NCBI GenBank assembly: GCA_963759415.1
Contig: CAVWZG010000001.1
Span: forward strand, 111,585 to 175,584
From: an uncultured Verrucomicrobiae bacterium
GTDB taxonomy: Bacteria; Verrucomicrobiota; Verrucomicrobiia; Limisphaerales; Palsa-1400
Reading direction: 5' to 3'
Length of the DNA stretch: 64,000 nt
The translations under genes and the position numbers were made by a program. The notes beneath the pieces are model-generated. The model worked only from the letters and a program-made list of their open reading frames with translations, did no database searches and was not told where the DNA came from. Positions 17,740-26,223 of this stretch are shown piece by piece; the stretch's first letter is position 1; every line of letters begins with the position of its first letter.

Positions 17740-19545
17740 CCATGTCAATCGGCGAATGAGGAACAACGCCTGGAAGCCCTCCACCAGTATAAACTGCTGG
17801 ATACGCTGCCGGAGGAGGGGCTGGATTGTCTTACCGAGCTGGCGGCGCATATTTGTGACGCGCCCATTTCCCTCATCTCGTTGGTTGATGAAGATCGGCA
17901 ATGGTTCAAGTCCAAGTTCGGGTTGTCCGCCAGTGAGACAGCCCGCAACATCTCCTTTTGTGGACACGCCATTCTCCAGCCGGAATTGTTCATCGTTCCG
18001 GACGCGGCGAAGGATCGCCGCTTCGCCGATAATCCACTTGTCACTCGCGAACCGAACATCCGGTTTTACGCGGGCGCGCCGCTCATCACGGCGGAAGGCC
18101 ATGCGCTCGGCGTGTTGTGCGTCATTGACCATGAACCGCGCCAGTTGAATGCGTCACAAGAGGAGGCTTTGCGGGCGTTGAGCCGGCACGTGATGACGCA
18201 ATTGGAGTTGCGCCGTCGGACGCGTGAATTGATCGAGAGCGACGAGCGGCTGCAAATGACGCTGGACGCCGCCCGCATGGGCACTTTTGATTGCGACGTG
18301 TCGAAGAACCGCATCACCTGGTCTCGCGGGCATGAGGCATTGTGGGGCTTCAAGCTTGGCGAATTCGACGGAACTTACGAGACGCTGGGCCGGCGCATTC
18401 ATCCCGATGATTTACCGGGGGTGAGCGCCGAAATGATCCGCTGCATGGCTGCGGGCCAGGAGTTCGCGCACGAATTCCGCATCGTCCGGCCCGATGGCAG
18501 TATTCGCTGGCTGCAGGGTCTGGGCGAGTTCGACTTCGGGGCGAGCGGCCAGCCTGTGCGGATGCGGGGCGTGGTGTTGGAGATAACCGAGCGCAAGCGA
18601 GCGCAAGAGCGCATCCAGAACGTGAACCGCATGTATGCCCTGGTGAGCGACCTCAACCACGCCATCGCGCGCGAGAAGAATCCGCAGGCGTTGCTCGAAA
18701 GCGCCTGCCGGATCGCGGTGGAGAAGGGCTTGTTTCGGATGGCTTGGATTGGCTTGCTGGATTCGAATATCAACCAGATCAATGTCGCCACCGAGGCAGG
18801 TGAAATCGGCGACTATTTGGAGAAGATGAACATCATATTGGGCGATGAGGCGCGAGGGCGCGGGCCGGTGGCCGAAGCCCTGCGCACCGGCAGCGCTGTG
18901 GTATGCAACGACATCGAGCACGATTCGCGCATGGCGCCCTGGCGGGAAGACGCTTCCCGGATGGGTTTCCGCGCCTGCGCCTCGTTCCCGCTCAAGGTCG
19001 AGGACAAGACCATTGGCACCTTCACTTTATACGCAGGGACGAGCGGCGATTTCGAAACGGAAGAACTGCGGGCGCTCAGCCAACTGGCTTTGGATATTTC
19101 CTTCGCGCTGGCCAACTTGCAGCGCGAAACGGAACATCGGAAGGCCGAAGAGAAATTGCGCTTGAGAGCGTCTGTCTTTGAAGCCCAAGCGGACCGCAGC
19201 GCGGATGGTATTTTGGTCGTGGATAGTCAAGAAAATACAATATTCCAGAACCGGCGCTTGAGGGAGCTGTTCAAAATCCCCGCGCATCTGGACGAAAATG
19301 AGGACCATGCCGGGCAGCTTCGATTCATCGCCGGCAGGACGAAGAATCCCCAGAAGTTTATGGACAGGGTTCTGGATATTTATGCCCATGCCGACAAGGT
19401 TAGCTGGGATATCATTGAGTTGGCGGATGGAACAGTTTTGGACCGATGCTCCTCGCCGGTGCTGGACAAGACCGGAAGTTATTACGGCCGACTCTGGGCT
19501 TTTCGCGACATGACGCCGATACTGTGCAAAGGGGGTAGTTTTTGA
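17731..19545 (+). CDS. GAF-PAS-GAF-PAS signalling protein with no recognisable output domain
   Basis: 604-aa ORF. N-terminal GAF (EEQRLEALHQYKLLDT...FYAGAPLITAEGHALGVLCVIDHEPR) and PAS (IHPDDL...EFRIVRPDGSIRWL...VLEITERKRAQE), followed by a second GAF and a second PAS ending GRLWAFRDMTP. The protein stops 10 codons later. Confidence 0.8.
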   Translation: MIAPCQSANEEQRLEALHQYKLLDTLPEEGLDCLTELAAHICDAPISLISLVDEDRQWFKSKFGLSASETARNISFCGHAILQPELFIVPDAAKDRRFADNPLVTREPNIRFYAGAPLITAEGHALGVLCVIDHEPRQLNASQEEALRALSRHVMTQLELRRRTRELIESDERLQMTLDAARMGTFDCDVSKNRITWSRGHEALWGFKLGEFDGTYETLGRRIHPDDLPGVSAEMIRCMAAGQEFAHEFRIVRPDGSIRWLQGLGEFDFGASGQPVRMRGVVLEITERKRAQERIQNVNRMYALVSDLNHAIAREKNPQALLESACRIAVEKGLFRMAWIGLLDSNINQINVATEAGEIGDYLEKMNIILGDEARGRGPVAEALRTGSAVVCNDIEHDSRMAPWREDASRMGFRACASFPLKVEDKTIGTFTLYAGTSGDFETEELRALSQLALDISFALANLQRETEHRKAEEKLRLRASVFEAQADRSADGILVVDSQENTIFQNRRLRELFKIPAHLDENEDHAGQLRFIAGRTKNPQKFMDRVLDIYAHADKVSWDIIELADGTVLDRCSSPVLDKTGSYYGRLWAFRDMTPILCKGGSF

Positions 19546-19550
19546 GACAA

Positions 19551-19622
19551 GGCAAAGGGATCACTGACAGAGGAATGGGAGGATGATTCAGGGCAGAGCG
19601 GCAGCTCTGCCCTACCGGGAAG
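19551..19622. repeat. REP-like intergenic element (short form), related to 17367..17564
   Basis: ggcaaagggatcactgacagaggaatgggagga...gggcagagcggcagctctgccctaccgggaagg. It includes an 8-bp-stem hairpin, gggcagag/ctctgccc, at 19591..19612. Confidence 0.75.
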
Positions 19623-19707
19623 GACACGGTTTTCGCGAGGCATTTGCAATATGGCCGGGACGGGATAGGGTAAGGTGCCGTTGTGTAGCGGCGAAATCGT
19701 TGTTTTT

Positions 19708-20247
19708 ATGAATTGGTTCACATTTGCGTTGATGACGGTTGTTTCGTGGGGGCTTTATGGGATTTTTTTGCATAGCGGCCAGGTGGCCATGAAAGACCAG
19801 GCCAACGGCCTGTTTAAAGCGTTCCTCTTTGTCGGCTTGGCCTATTTTCTAACGGCCGTGCTGGCGCCGCTGGCGATGCTGGCCACGCGCAAGGCGGACT
19901 GGACTTTCCCCGCCGCCGGGATGCAATGGTCCCTGCTGGCCGGAGTCGTGGGCGCGGCGGGCGCTTTTTGCGTGCTGCTGGCCTTCGGCGCCAAAGGCAC
20001 GCCGGGCGTGGTCATGTCCATTGTTTTTGCCGGAGCGCCCATCGTCAACGCGATCGTGGCCATGACTTTGAATCCGCCCCAAGGCGGCTGGGGCGCGGTG
20101 CGATGGCCGTTTTACCTGGGTATCGTGCTGGCCGCGACAGGCGGGTGCCTGGTGACGTTTTTTAAACCGCCGCCCGCCCGACTGCACGCGTCGGCCCCGC
20201 AAGCGGCACCCCCGGTCGTCGCCGTCCAGGCAGCGCAGCCACAATGA
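19708..20247 (+). CDS. Small integral membrane protein (about 5 TM helices, EamA/DMT-like guess)
   Basis: The ORF has alternating hydrophobic helices (FALMTVVSWGLYGIFL, FLFVGLAYFLTAVLAPLAML, WSLLAGVVGAAGAFCVLLAF, VVMSIVFAGAPIVNAIVAM, FYLGIVLAATGGCLVTFF). The start is chosen at ATG 19708. Its stop overlaps the next gene's start (ATGA). Confidence 0.6.
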   Translation: MNWFTFALMTVVSWGLYGIFLHSGQVAMKDQANGLFKAFLFVGLAYFLTAVLAPLAMLATRKADWTFPAAGMQWSLLAGVVGAAGAFCVLLAFGAKGTPGVVMSIVFAGAPIVNAIVAMTLNPPQGGWGAVRWPFYLGIVLAATGGCLVTFFKPPPARLHASAPQAAPPVVAVQAAQPQ

Positions 20248-21521
20248 CCGTCGATTTCCCCACAAACGAGTCGCTGGCGGCGCATCAACTGGCGCAATTG
20301 CGCCGGTTGCTCGGGGACATCCTGCCGGCCAACGCGTTTTATCGAAATAAACTGGCCGGGATCGATCCGGCCATTGCCAGCCTGGAGGATTTTTCGGCGC
20401 GGTTTCCGTTCACCACGAAACAGGAATTGGTGGAAGACCAGCGCCGCCATCCGCCCTTCGGCTCCAATCTGACTTACCCGGTGACAAGTTACACGCGGTA
20501 TCATCAAACCAGCGGCACGACCAGCGCGCCCTTGCGCTGGCTGGACACGCCGGAAAGCTGGGATTGGATGGTGCAAAGTTGGAAGGAAATTTACCAGGCG
20601 GCAGGCGTGGGCGGCGGAGACCGGGTTTATTTTGCATTTTCCTTCGGGCCGTTCATCGGATTCTGGATGGCCTTTGACGCGGCGCAACGCCTGGGCTGCC
20701 TGTGCATCCCCGGCGGCGGCGCGAGCACGCAAGGACGGCTGCGCGCCCTGACGGAAAACCGGGCCACGGTCTTGTGCTGCACGCCCAGTTACGCCGCCCA
20801 TCTGGCGGAAGTGGCGACGCACGAAAATGTCGATCTCAAAACCGCCGCCGTGCGAGTGATCATTGTGGCCGGGGAACCCGGCGGCAGTATTCCGGCCACT
20901 CGCCGGCGCTTGGAGGAACTTTGGCCGGGGGCGAAGATTTTCGACCATCATGGCATGACGGAAACGGGGCCGGTGTCGCACGAATGCCCCGCCCAACCGG
21001 GCACCTTGCACGTTTTGGACCGCGCCTACCTGGCGGAAGTCATCGACGTGGAGGGAAAGGCGGCGCGGGCGGGGGAGGGGGGAGAATTGGTCTTGACTGT
21101 TCTGGGGCGGACCGGCTCGCCCCTGCTGCGCTATCGCACGGGTGATCTGGCGCGGGCGGGGCAAAGGTGCGCCTGCGGACGGCCAGGCGCGGCGCTGCCG
21201 GGCGGCCTGCTGGGGCGGACGGACGAGATGGTCATCGTGCGCGGGGTCAATGTTTATCCAACGGCGGTGGAGGACGTGTTGCGCGGTTTTTCCGAGATTG
21301 CCGAATACCAGGTGGTGGTGGACCGTTCCCACAATCTGATGGAGTTGAGCGCGCGCATCGAGCCTGCGGCGCATTGCGCGGCGGCGGTGGCGGTGGCGCT
21401 GGCGGGCCGGGTGCAACATGCGTTGCACGGCGTCTTCAATTTGCGCGTGCCGGTGGAACTGGCGCCGGCGGGAAGCCTGCCGCGTTTCGAGATGAAGGCC
21501 AAGCGGTGGAAATTCATTTGA
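20244..21521 (+). CDS. Phenylacetate-CoA ligase-like (PaaK / coenzyme F390 synthetase family) adenylate-forming enzyme
   Basis: FPFTTKQELVEDQ, YHQTSGTTSAPLRW, GMTETGPV and the C-terminal VIVRGVNVYPTAVEDVL, which is the pattern typical of the PaaK family. Confidence 0.75.
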   Translation: MTVDFPTNESLAAHQLAQLRRLLGDILPANAFYRNKLAGIDPAIASLEDFSARFPFTTKQELVEDQRRHPPFGSNLTYPVTSYTRYHQTSGTTSAPLRWLDTPESWDWMVQSWKEIYQAAGVGGGDRVYFAFSFGPFIGFWMAFDAAQRLGCLCIPGGGASTQGRLRALTENRATVLCCTPSYAAHLAEVATHENVDLKTAAVRVIIVAGEPGGSIPATRRRLEELWPGAKIFDHHGMTETGPVSHECPAQPGTLHVLDRAYLAEVIDVEGKAARAGEGGELVLTVLGRTGSPLLRYRTGDLARAGQRCACGRPGAALPGGLLGRTDEMVIVRGVNVYPTAVEDVLRGFSEIAEYQVVVDRSHNLMELSARIEPAAHCAAAVAVALAGRVQHALHGVFNLRVPVELAPAGSLPRFEMKAKRWKFI

Positions 21522-21555
21522 TGTTGGCCGCGCCCCCGGCTAGGCTGCGGACATC

Positions 21556-22398
21556 ATGAGAATCGGCATTAATACCTTCTTGTTCATTTCGCCTTTCACC
21601 ACGCAGAGCGCCAAACTGTTTTCCAAATTCAAGAAATGGGGCTTTGACACCGTCGAAATCGCCGTCGAAGACCCCGCGCATATCGATCCGCGCAAGGTCA
21701 AACGGGAGCTGGACAAAACTGGGCTGGTCTGCGGCACGCTGTGCGGTTGCTTTGGGCCGGATCGGGACCTGCGCGGCAGCACGCGCCAACAACAAACGGC
21801 GCTGAAATACATCAGGGCCGTCATCGATCAGATGGTGGAACTGGATTGTCCTTCCTTGATCGGGCCGGTTTATTCCGAAACCGGACGCGCCGATGCCGTG
21901 CCGGCGGGCGAATATCGGCAGCAATGGCGCACGGTGGTCAAGAATCTCAAAACGCTGTGCGCTTACGCGGGCGATAAAGGGAAGAAGGTCTGCATGGAGC
22001 CGCTGAACCGTTTTGAAACCGATTTCATCAACACTTGCGACCAGGCCCTGAACATGGTGGCCGATGTCGGCAGCCCGAATTTGCTGCTCCACTTCGATAC
22101 CTTCCATGCCAACATCGAGGAAAAGAGCCAGGCGGCGGCCATCCGCAAAGTGGGGAAACGGCTGGGCCACGTCCATGCCTGCGGCAGCGACCGCGGCACG
22201 CCTGGCAACGACCACATTGATTGGAAAGGCATCGCCGCCGCGCTGAAGCAAATCGGATACGACAAGGATGTCGTGATCGAGTCGTTCACCACCGATGTCA
22301 AAGTAATCGCGCGCGCCGCCGCCATCTGGCGCCGAATCGAGCCGACGCGGGACGAGATCGCGGTCAAGGGTTTGAAATTTTTGCGGAGCGTTCTATGA
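21556..22398 (+). CDS. Sugar phosphate isomerase/epimerase (xylose isomerase-like TIM barrel)
   Basis: 280-aa ORF with FDTVEI, MEPLNRFETDFINT, LLLHFDTFHANIEE, HVHACGSDRGTPG and VIESF, the metal-ligand pattern of the AP-endonuclease-2 / tagatose-epimerase-like family. Confidence 0.75.
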   Translation: MRIGINTFLFISPFTTQSAKLFSKFKKWGFDTVEIAVEDPAHIDPRKVKRELDKTGLVCGTLCGCFGPDRDLRGSTRQQQTALKYIRAVIDQMVELDCPSLIGPVYSETGRADAVPAGEYRQQWRTVVKNLKTLCAYAGDKGKKVCMEPLNRFETDFINTCDQALNMVADVGSPNLLLHFDTFHANIEEKSQAAAIRKVGKRLGHVHACGSDRGTPGNDHIDWKGIAAALKQIGYDKDVVIESFTTDVKVIARAAAIWRRIEPTRDEIAVKGLKFLRSVL

Positions 22399-23291
22399 AA
22401 AGCTTGTTGACTGCGCTTTGCGCGCTGGGCCTGCTGGTTTCCGCCGGCTGGTCCACGGCCGGTGAACCAACCGCGAAGAAGATCGTTTTCGTCGCCGGCA
22501 AGCCCAGCCACGGTCCGGGCGAACACGAGTACCGCGCCGGCTGCCTGCTCTTGCAGAAATGTCTGCGCGGCGTGCCCGGCCTCCAAACGGTGGTCTGTTC
22601 CAACGGCTGGCCGGCGGAAGCGGGCGCCTTTGACGGCGCGGACGCCATCGTCCTGTCCATGGACGGCGGGGCGGGCAACGCCGCCTTGCAGGGCGGCCAC
22701 CTGCAACAACTCGGCCGGCTGATGGACAAGGGGGTGGGATTAGCCTGCATTCATTGGACCGTCGAGGTGACCAAGGACAAGGGCGAAGCGGAGTTTCTCC
22801 AATGGCTGGGCGGAGCCTACGAAGTCAATTGGTCGGTCAATCCAATATGGCTGGCGGATTTTGTCACCTTGCCGGATCACCCAATCGCGCGCGGCGTGAA
22901 ACCGTTTCAACTCCGTGACGAATGGTATTTTCATTTGCGATTTCCGCCGGGCCTGAAGGGAATCACGCCCATTCTGGCGGCAAAGGCCCCGGCCAGCACC
23001 ATGAGCCGGCCCGACGGCCCGCATTCCGGAAACCCGGCGGTGCGCGAGGCGGTGGCGCGTGGCGAACCGCAAATCGTGGCCTGGGCCTGCGCACGGCCCG
23101 ATGGCGGGCGCGGATTTGGATTTACCGGCGGGCACTATCAAAAGAATTGGGGCGACGACAATTTCCGCAAGACGGTCTTGAACGGCCTGCTGTGGGTGGC
23201 GAAAGCCGAAGTGCCGGCCAACGGCGTGGAGAGCACCGTTTCAGAGCTGGATTTGCAGGCGAACCTGGACCTCAAAGCGGCCAGGAAATGA
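22395..23291 (+). CDS. ThuA-domain protein (secreted)
   Basis: The ATG at 22395 overlaps the upstream stop (ATGA). Signal peptide MKSLLTALCALGLLVSAGWS, then KKIVFVAGKPSHGPGEHEY...ADAIVLSMDGG...GGHYQKNW...LNGLLWVA, typical of ThuA-like proteins. Confidence 0.7.
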   Translation: MKSLLTALCALGLLVSAGWSTAGEPTAKKIVFVAGKPSHGPGEHEYRAGCLLLQKCLRGVPGLQTVVCSNGWPAEAGAFDGADAIVLSMDGGAGNAALQGGHLQQLGRLMDKGVGLACIHWTVEVTKDKGEAEFLQWLGGAYEVNWSVNPIWLADFVTLPDHPIARGVKPFQLRDEWYFHLRFPPGLKGITPILAAKAPASTMSRPDGPHSGNPAVREAVARGEPQIVAWACARPDGGRGFGFTGGHYQKNWGDDNFRKTVLNGLLWVAKAEVPANGVESTVSELDLQANLDLKAARK

Positions 23292-23392
23292 CCAGTGGTC
23301 GGACTCGTCCGCGCCGGCATGACAAGAGTAATCGCCAAACGGCCCTGACTTGGATATTGCCAAGCCCTGGCCAATGCCCCACTGTCGTAGGA

Positions 23393-24073
23393 ATGACCGA
23401 TTCCGCCCCCAGTTACACTGTGCAATGGGCCGATCCCCTGCCCCATCTATCCGCCGATTGGGATGACCCGGCCTGGAAGGCCGCCGAGACGGCCGAGTTG
23501 CAAAGTTTCCGCCCGGAAAGCAGCGCACACCATCCGCGCACGAGGCTTCGGCTGCTTCACGGCGCAGGAGGCCTGCGCGGCCTGTTCCAAGTCCGCGACC
23601 AATTCGTGCGCTCCATCCGAACGCGCTACATGGACGAAGTTTGGAAGGACAGTTGCGTCGAAATCTTTCTTCAACCCAGGCCTGACGCCGGCTATTTCAA
23701 CCTGGAAATGAACGCGGGCGGCGCGCATCTGTGCAGTTATATCCAGGATCCGGAGCGCGTGCCGGGCGGATTCAAACGATTCACTCGCCTGCCGGCTGAG
23801 ATGGGCGAAAGGATTGAAGTGCGGTCTTCCTTGCCCAGAGTCGTTGACCCGGAGATCGCGGAGCCGGTGACGTGGCAATTGAATTTTTACGCGCCGTGGG
23901 AAGTCCTGGGACATTATTCCGGGTCGCTTGGCCAGGTGCGCGGCCAGCGCTGGCGCGGCAATTTTTACAAATGCGCGGACGAAAGCTCGCATCCGCACTG
24001 GGTTTCCTGGGCGCCGATCGATCTTTTAAATTTCCATATCCCGCGTTGTTTTGGCACACTCTGCTTTCAATGA
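23393..24073 (+). CDS. Carbohydrate-binding family 9-like (DOMON-type) domain protein
   Basis: 226-aa product from ATG 23393 with WDDPAWKAAE...LLHGAGGLRGLFQVRD...EVWKDSCVEIFLQP...YFNLEMNAGG. The part of listed ORF 22922..24073 upstream of 23393 overlaps the ThuA gene and is rejected. Confidence 0.6.
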   Translation: MTDSAPSYTVQWADPLPHLSADWDDPAWKAAETAELQSFRPESSAHHPRTRLRLLHGAGGLRGLFQVRDQFVRSIRTRYMDEVWKDSCVEIFLQPRPDAGYFNLEMNAGGAHLCSYIQDPERVPGGFKRFTRLPAEMGERIEVRSSLPRVVDPEIAEPVTWQLNFYAPWEVLGHYSGSLGQVRGQRWRGNFYKCADESSHPHWVSWAPIDLLNFHIPRCFGTLCFQ

Positions 24074-25164
24074 AGACACGCACACATCTGATTTGGTTTC
24101 TGACCCTGGTCTGCCTTTGCCTGTTGCCGCTGCCCGGGCGCGCCGCCGAACCGACGCTGGATATTTATTGGATTGATGTCGAAGGCGGCGGCGGCACTTT
24201 GATCATCACCCCGGCCGGGGAATCCATTCTTATTGACACCGGCTGGCCCGGGGCTTCCAGCGCGGCCCGCATCCACGAGGCCGCCACCAATGCCGGGGTG
24301 AGCCGGATTGATTACCTGATCCTGACCCACTTTCATCTTGACCATTTCGGCGGCGCGGCCCCGCTGGCCAAGCTGATGCCCATTGGGACGGTCCTGGACA
24401 ACGGCATCCCCGAGCATGACCCGGACGGCAGGAACGACGAGCGGTTTCTCGCCTCGATCAAACCTTACCGGGAATTCCCGGCAAAGCGGCGCATGTTGAT
24501 CCAACCCGGCGAGACGCTGCCTTTGAAACAAGGCGGCTCGGCCATACCGTTGAGCCTCCGGTTCATGGGCACGCGCAGGCATTTCGCGCATCCGCCAGGC
24601 CTGGGTGGCCTGAACGCCCTCTGCGCCGGCGCGACGCAAAAGCAGCCGGACACGAGCGATAACGCCAACAGCGCGGTTTTGCTGGTGCAATTGGGATCGT
24701 TCAAATTCTACGATGGGGCCGACTTGACCTGGAACATGGAAGGCGAAATGGTCTGCCCGACCAATTCCATCGGGCAGGTGGATGTCTATCAAGTCGATCA
24801 CCACGGCGTGGACGTGAGCAATAATCCCCTGCTCATTCGCAGCCTGGCGCCCACCGTCAGCGTCATGAACAACGGCGCGCGCAAAGGCGGCGCCAAGGCG
24901 ACCCTGGCCACCTTGCGCAGTGTCTCTTCCATCCAAACGATGTATCAAATCCATCGCGACCCGCGCGGCGGAGCGGAGTTCAACACCGACGACCAATACA
25001 TCGCCAACCTGGAGGAAAAATGCGAGGGCCACTACATCAAATGCTCAGTGGACTCTTCCGGCAAGAGCTACACCATCAGCATTCCGGCCAAAGGCTTTGC
25101 CAAGACCTACCAAACCCGCACGGCGGAAGCGGGGAAAACAATGGCTAGTGGCCAGCAAAAGTGA
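24070..25164 (+). CDS. Secreted MBL-fold metallo-hydrolase
   Basis: The ATG at 24070 overlaps the upstream stop (ATGA). Signal peptide MKTRTHLIWFLTLVCLCLLPLPGRA and metal motif DYLILTHFHLDHFGG, with QVDHHG later. Confidence 0.8.
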   Translation: MKTRTHLIWFLTLVCLCLLPLPGRAAEPTLDIYWIDVEGGGGTLIITPAGESILIDTGWPGASSAARIHEAATNAGVSRIDYLILTHFHLDHFGGAAPLAKLMPIGTVLDNGIPEHDPDGRNDERFLASIKPYREFPAKRRMLIQPGETLPLKQGGSAIPLSLRFMGTRRHFAHPPGLGGLNALCAGATQKQPDTSDNANSAVLLVQLGSFKFYDGADLTWNMEGEMVCPTNSIGQVDVYQVDHHGVDVSNNPLLIRSLAPTVSVMNNGARKGGAKATLATLRSVSSIQTMYQIHRDPRGGAEFNTDDQYIANLEEKCEGHYIKCSVDSSGKSYTISIPAKGFAKTYQTRTAEAGKTMASGQQK

Positions 25165-25194
25165 GTGGCCAGGGGGAGCCAGGCAACCCGCAGT

Positions 25195-26115
25195 TCACGC
25201 GCGAGGATGGGCTTTTTGGTAGGCGCGCTTCAGACGCTCGGTGGTGATGTGGGTGTAAACCTGCGTCGTGGCCAGGTGCGCGTGGCCCAGCAATTCCTGC
25301 ACGCTGCGCAAATCCGCCCCCGCATCCAGCATGTGCGTGGCGAAGCTGTGCCGCAGTTTGTGCGGCGTCATGTGCGGGTCCAGGCCCGCCGAACGAAGGT
25401 ATTTCTTCAATCGCAACTGCACCGTGCGCGGGGAGAGCGGATGGATGTTTTTCGCGCTGGCCCAAAAGACCGGCATGTCGGAGGCGGGCGCGTAGCCGGC
25501 GCGCTGCCAATAGTCCTTGATCGCGTCCAGAGCGGGCATGCCAACGGGAACCAGCCGCTCCTTCTTGCCTTTGCCGCGCACGCGCACCATTTGCTCGGGC
25601 CAATCCAGGTCGCCGGCGCGTAACTGGCAAAGTTCGCTCACGCGCAGACCGCAGGAATAAATGACCTCCAGAATGGCGGCATCGCGAAAATAAGGGGCGG
25701 CGTCGAAATCCTCAGCCTTGGAAGCGGCCGCCATTTCCTTGGAGGGCGCGGCGGCGAGGGCCTCAAATTGCTGGACAGTCAAGAACATGGGATTGCGTTT
25801 TTCCAGCTTGGGCAGTGAGAGATTCCTGACCGGCGAGGCGCTGACGACGCCTTCCCGGATGAGAAACCCGTAAAACGAGCGCAACGCGGAAAAGCGAAGC
25901 TGGATGGCCGCGCGGCTCAATTTGCCCCGACCCAGGAAGCGCAGGAAATAACGGAAATCATCCCGCTGCAAAGCCGCCCAATCCGGGGCGCCGCCGCGCT
26001 GCGCCTTGAACCACGCGCTGAATTGGACGAGGGCCTGCCGGTAATTCCGTTCAGTGTAGGCGGAGCAACCGCGGGAAGCGAGGCTATGCAAAAATTTGTC
26101 GGCCAACAGGTCCAC
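25195..26115 (-). CDS. Tyrosine site-specific recombinase, XerC/XerD family
   Basis: 306-aa ORF with a GTG start, an N-terminal SAM-like domain (YTERNYRQALVQFSAWF) and catalytic motifs GLRVSEL, HKLRHSFATHML and LGHAHLATTQVYTH. Confidence 0.9.
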   Translation of the reverse strand: MDLLADKFLHSLASRGCSAYTERNYRQALVQFSAWFKAQRGGAPDWAALQRDDFRYFLRFLGRGKLSRAAIQLRFSALRSFYGFLIREGVVSASPVRNLSLPKLEKRNPMFLTVQQFEALAAAPSKEMAAASKAEDFDAAPYFRDAAILEVIYSCGLRVSELCQLRAGDLDWPEQMVRVRGKGKKERLVPVGMPALDAIKDYWQRAGYAPASDMPVFWASAKNIHPLSPRTVQLRLKKYLRSAGLDPHMTPHKLRHSFATHMLDAGADLRSVQELLGHAHLATTQVYTHITTERLKRAYQKAHPRA

Positions 26116-26121
26116 GGGACT

Positions 26122-26152
26122 AAGGCTAAAGGCTGAAGGCTGAAGGCTAAAG
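26122..26152. repeat. 7-nt microsatellite AAGGCTR, about 4.4 copies
   Basis: aaggcta aaggctg aaggctg aaggcta aag, in the divergent intergenic region between the recombinase and the ATPase gene. A 2.3-copy version lies at 39629..39644. Confidence 0.9.
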
Positions 26153-26223
26153 TTAATTATTGAATATGGAATTCGATATGGCTTAATGCGACCTCGTTAG
26201 GTTCGGCGGTCGTTTGAGCCAAC

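Noticed and set aside
17043-18132. Minus-strand ORFs 17043..17702 and 17596..18132 (peptides such as LASCPPLGIMPTAWHHAHR repeated)
   Set aside because: They are translations of the 19-bp tandem repeat and REP-like elements. They have periodic peptide repeats, no start context, and overlap the real GAF/PAS gene.
20112-21428. 438-aa minus-strand ORF
   Set aside because: It is an antisense shadow of the PaaK-like ligase gene and is extremely R/P/A-rich. Other long shadows rejected on the same reasoning are 15984..17186, 24067..25032, 32832..33878, 35732..36913, 38270..39571, 48539..49939 and 60357..61679.
22221-22394. N-terminal extensions of listed ORFs 22221..23291, 22922..24073 and 23872..25164
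   Set aside because: Each extension overlaps the preceding recognisable gene in another frame. Internal ATGs at 22395, 23393 and 24070 give signal peptides or domain starts and ATGA-type coupling.
25195-26115. Recombinase as the dedicated integrase of the AT-rich island
   Set aside because: Its GC content matches the host-like flanks (about 62% in a sampled line), and its sequence is of the housekeeping XerC/XerD type. I found no convincing direct repeats (att sites) bracketing 26116..27922. The adjacency is noted in the finding but not claimed as mechanistic.
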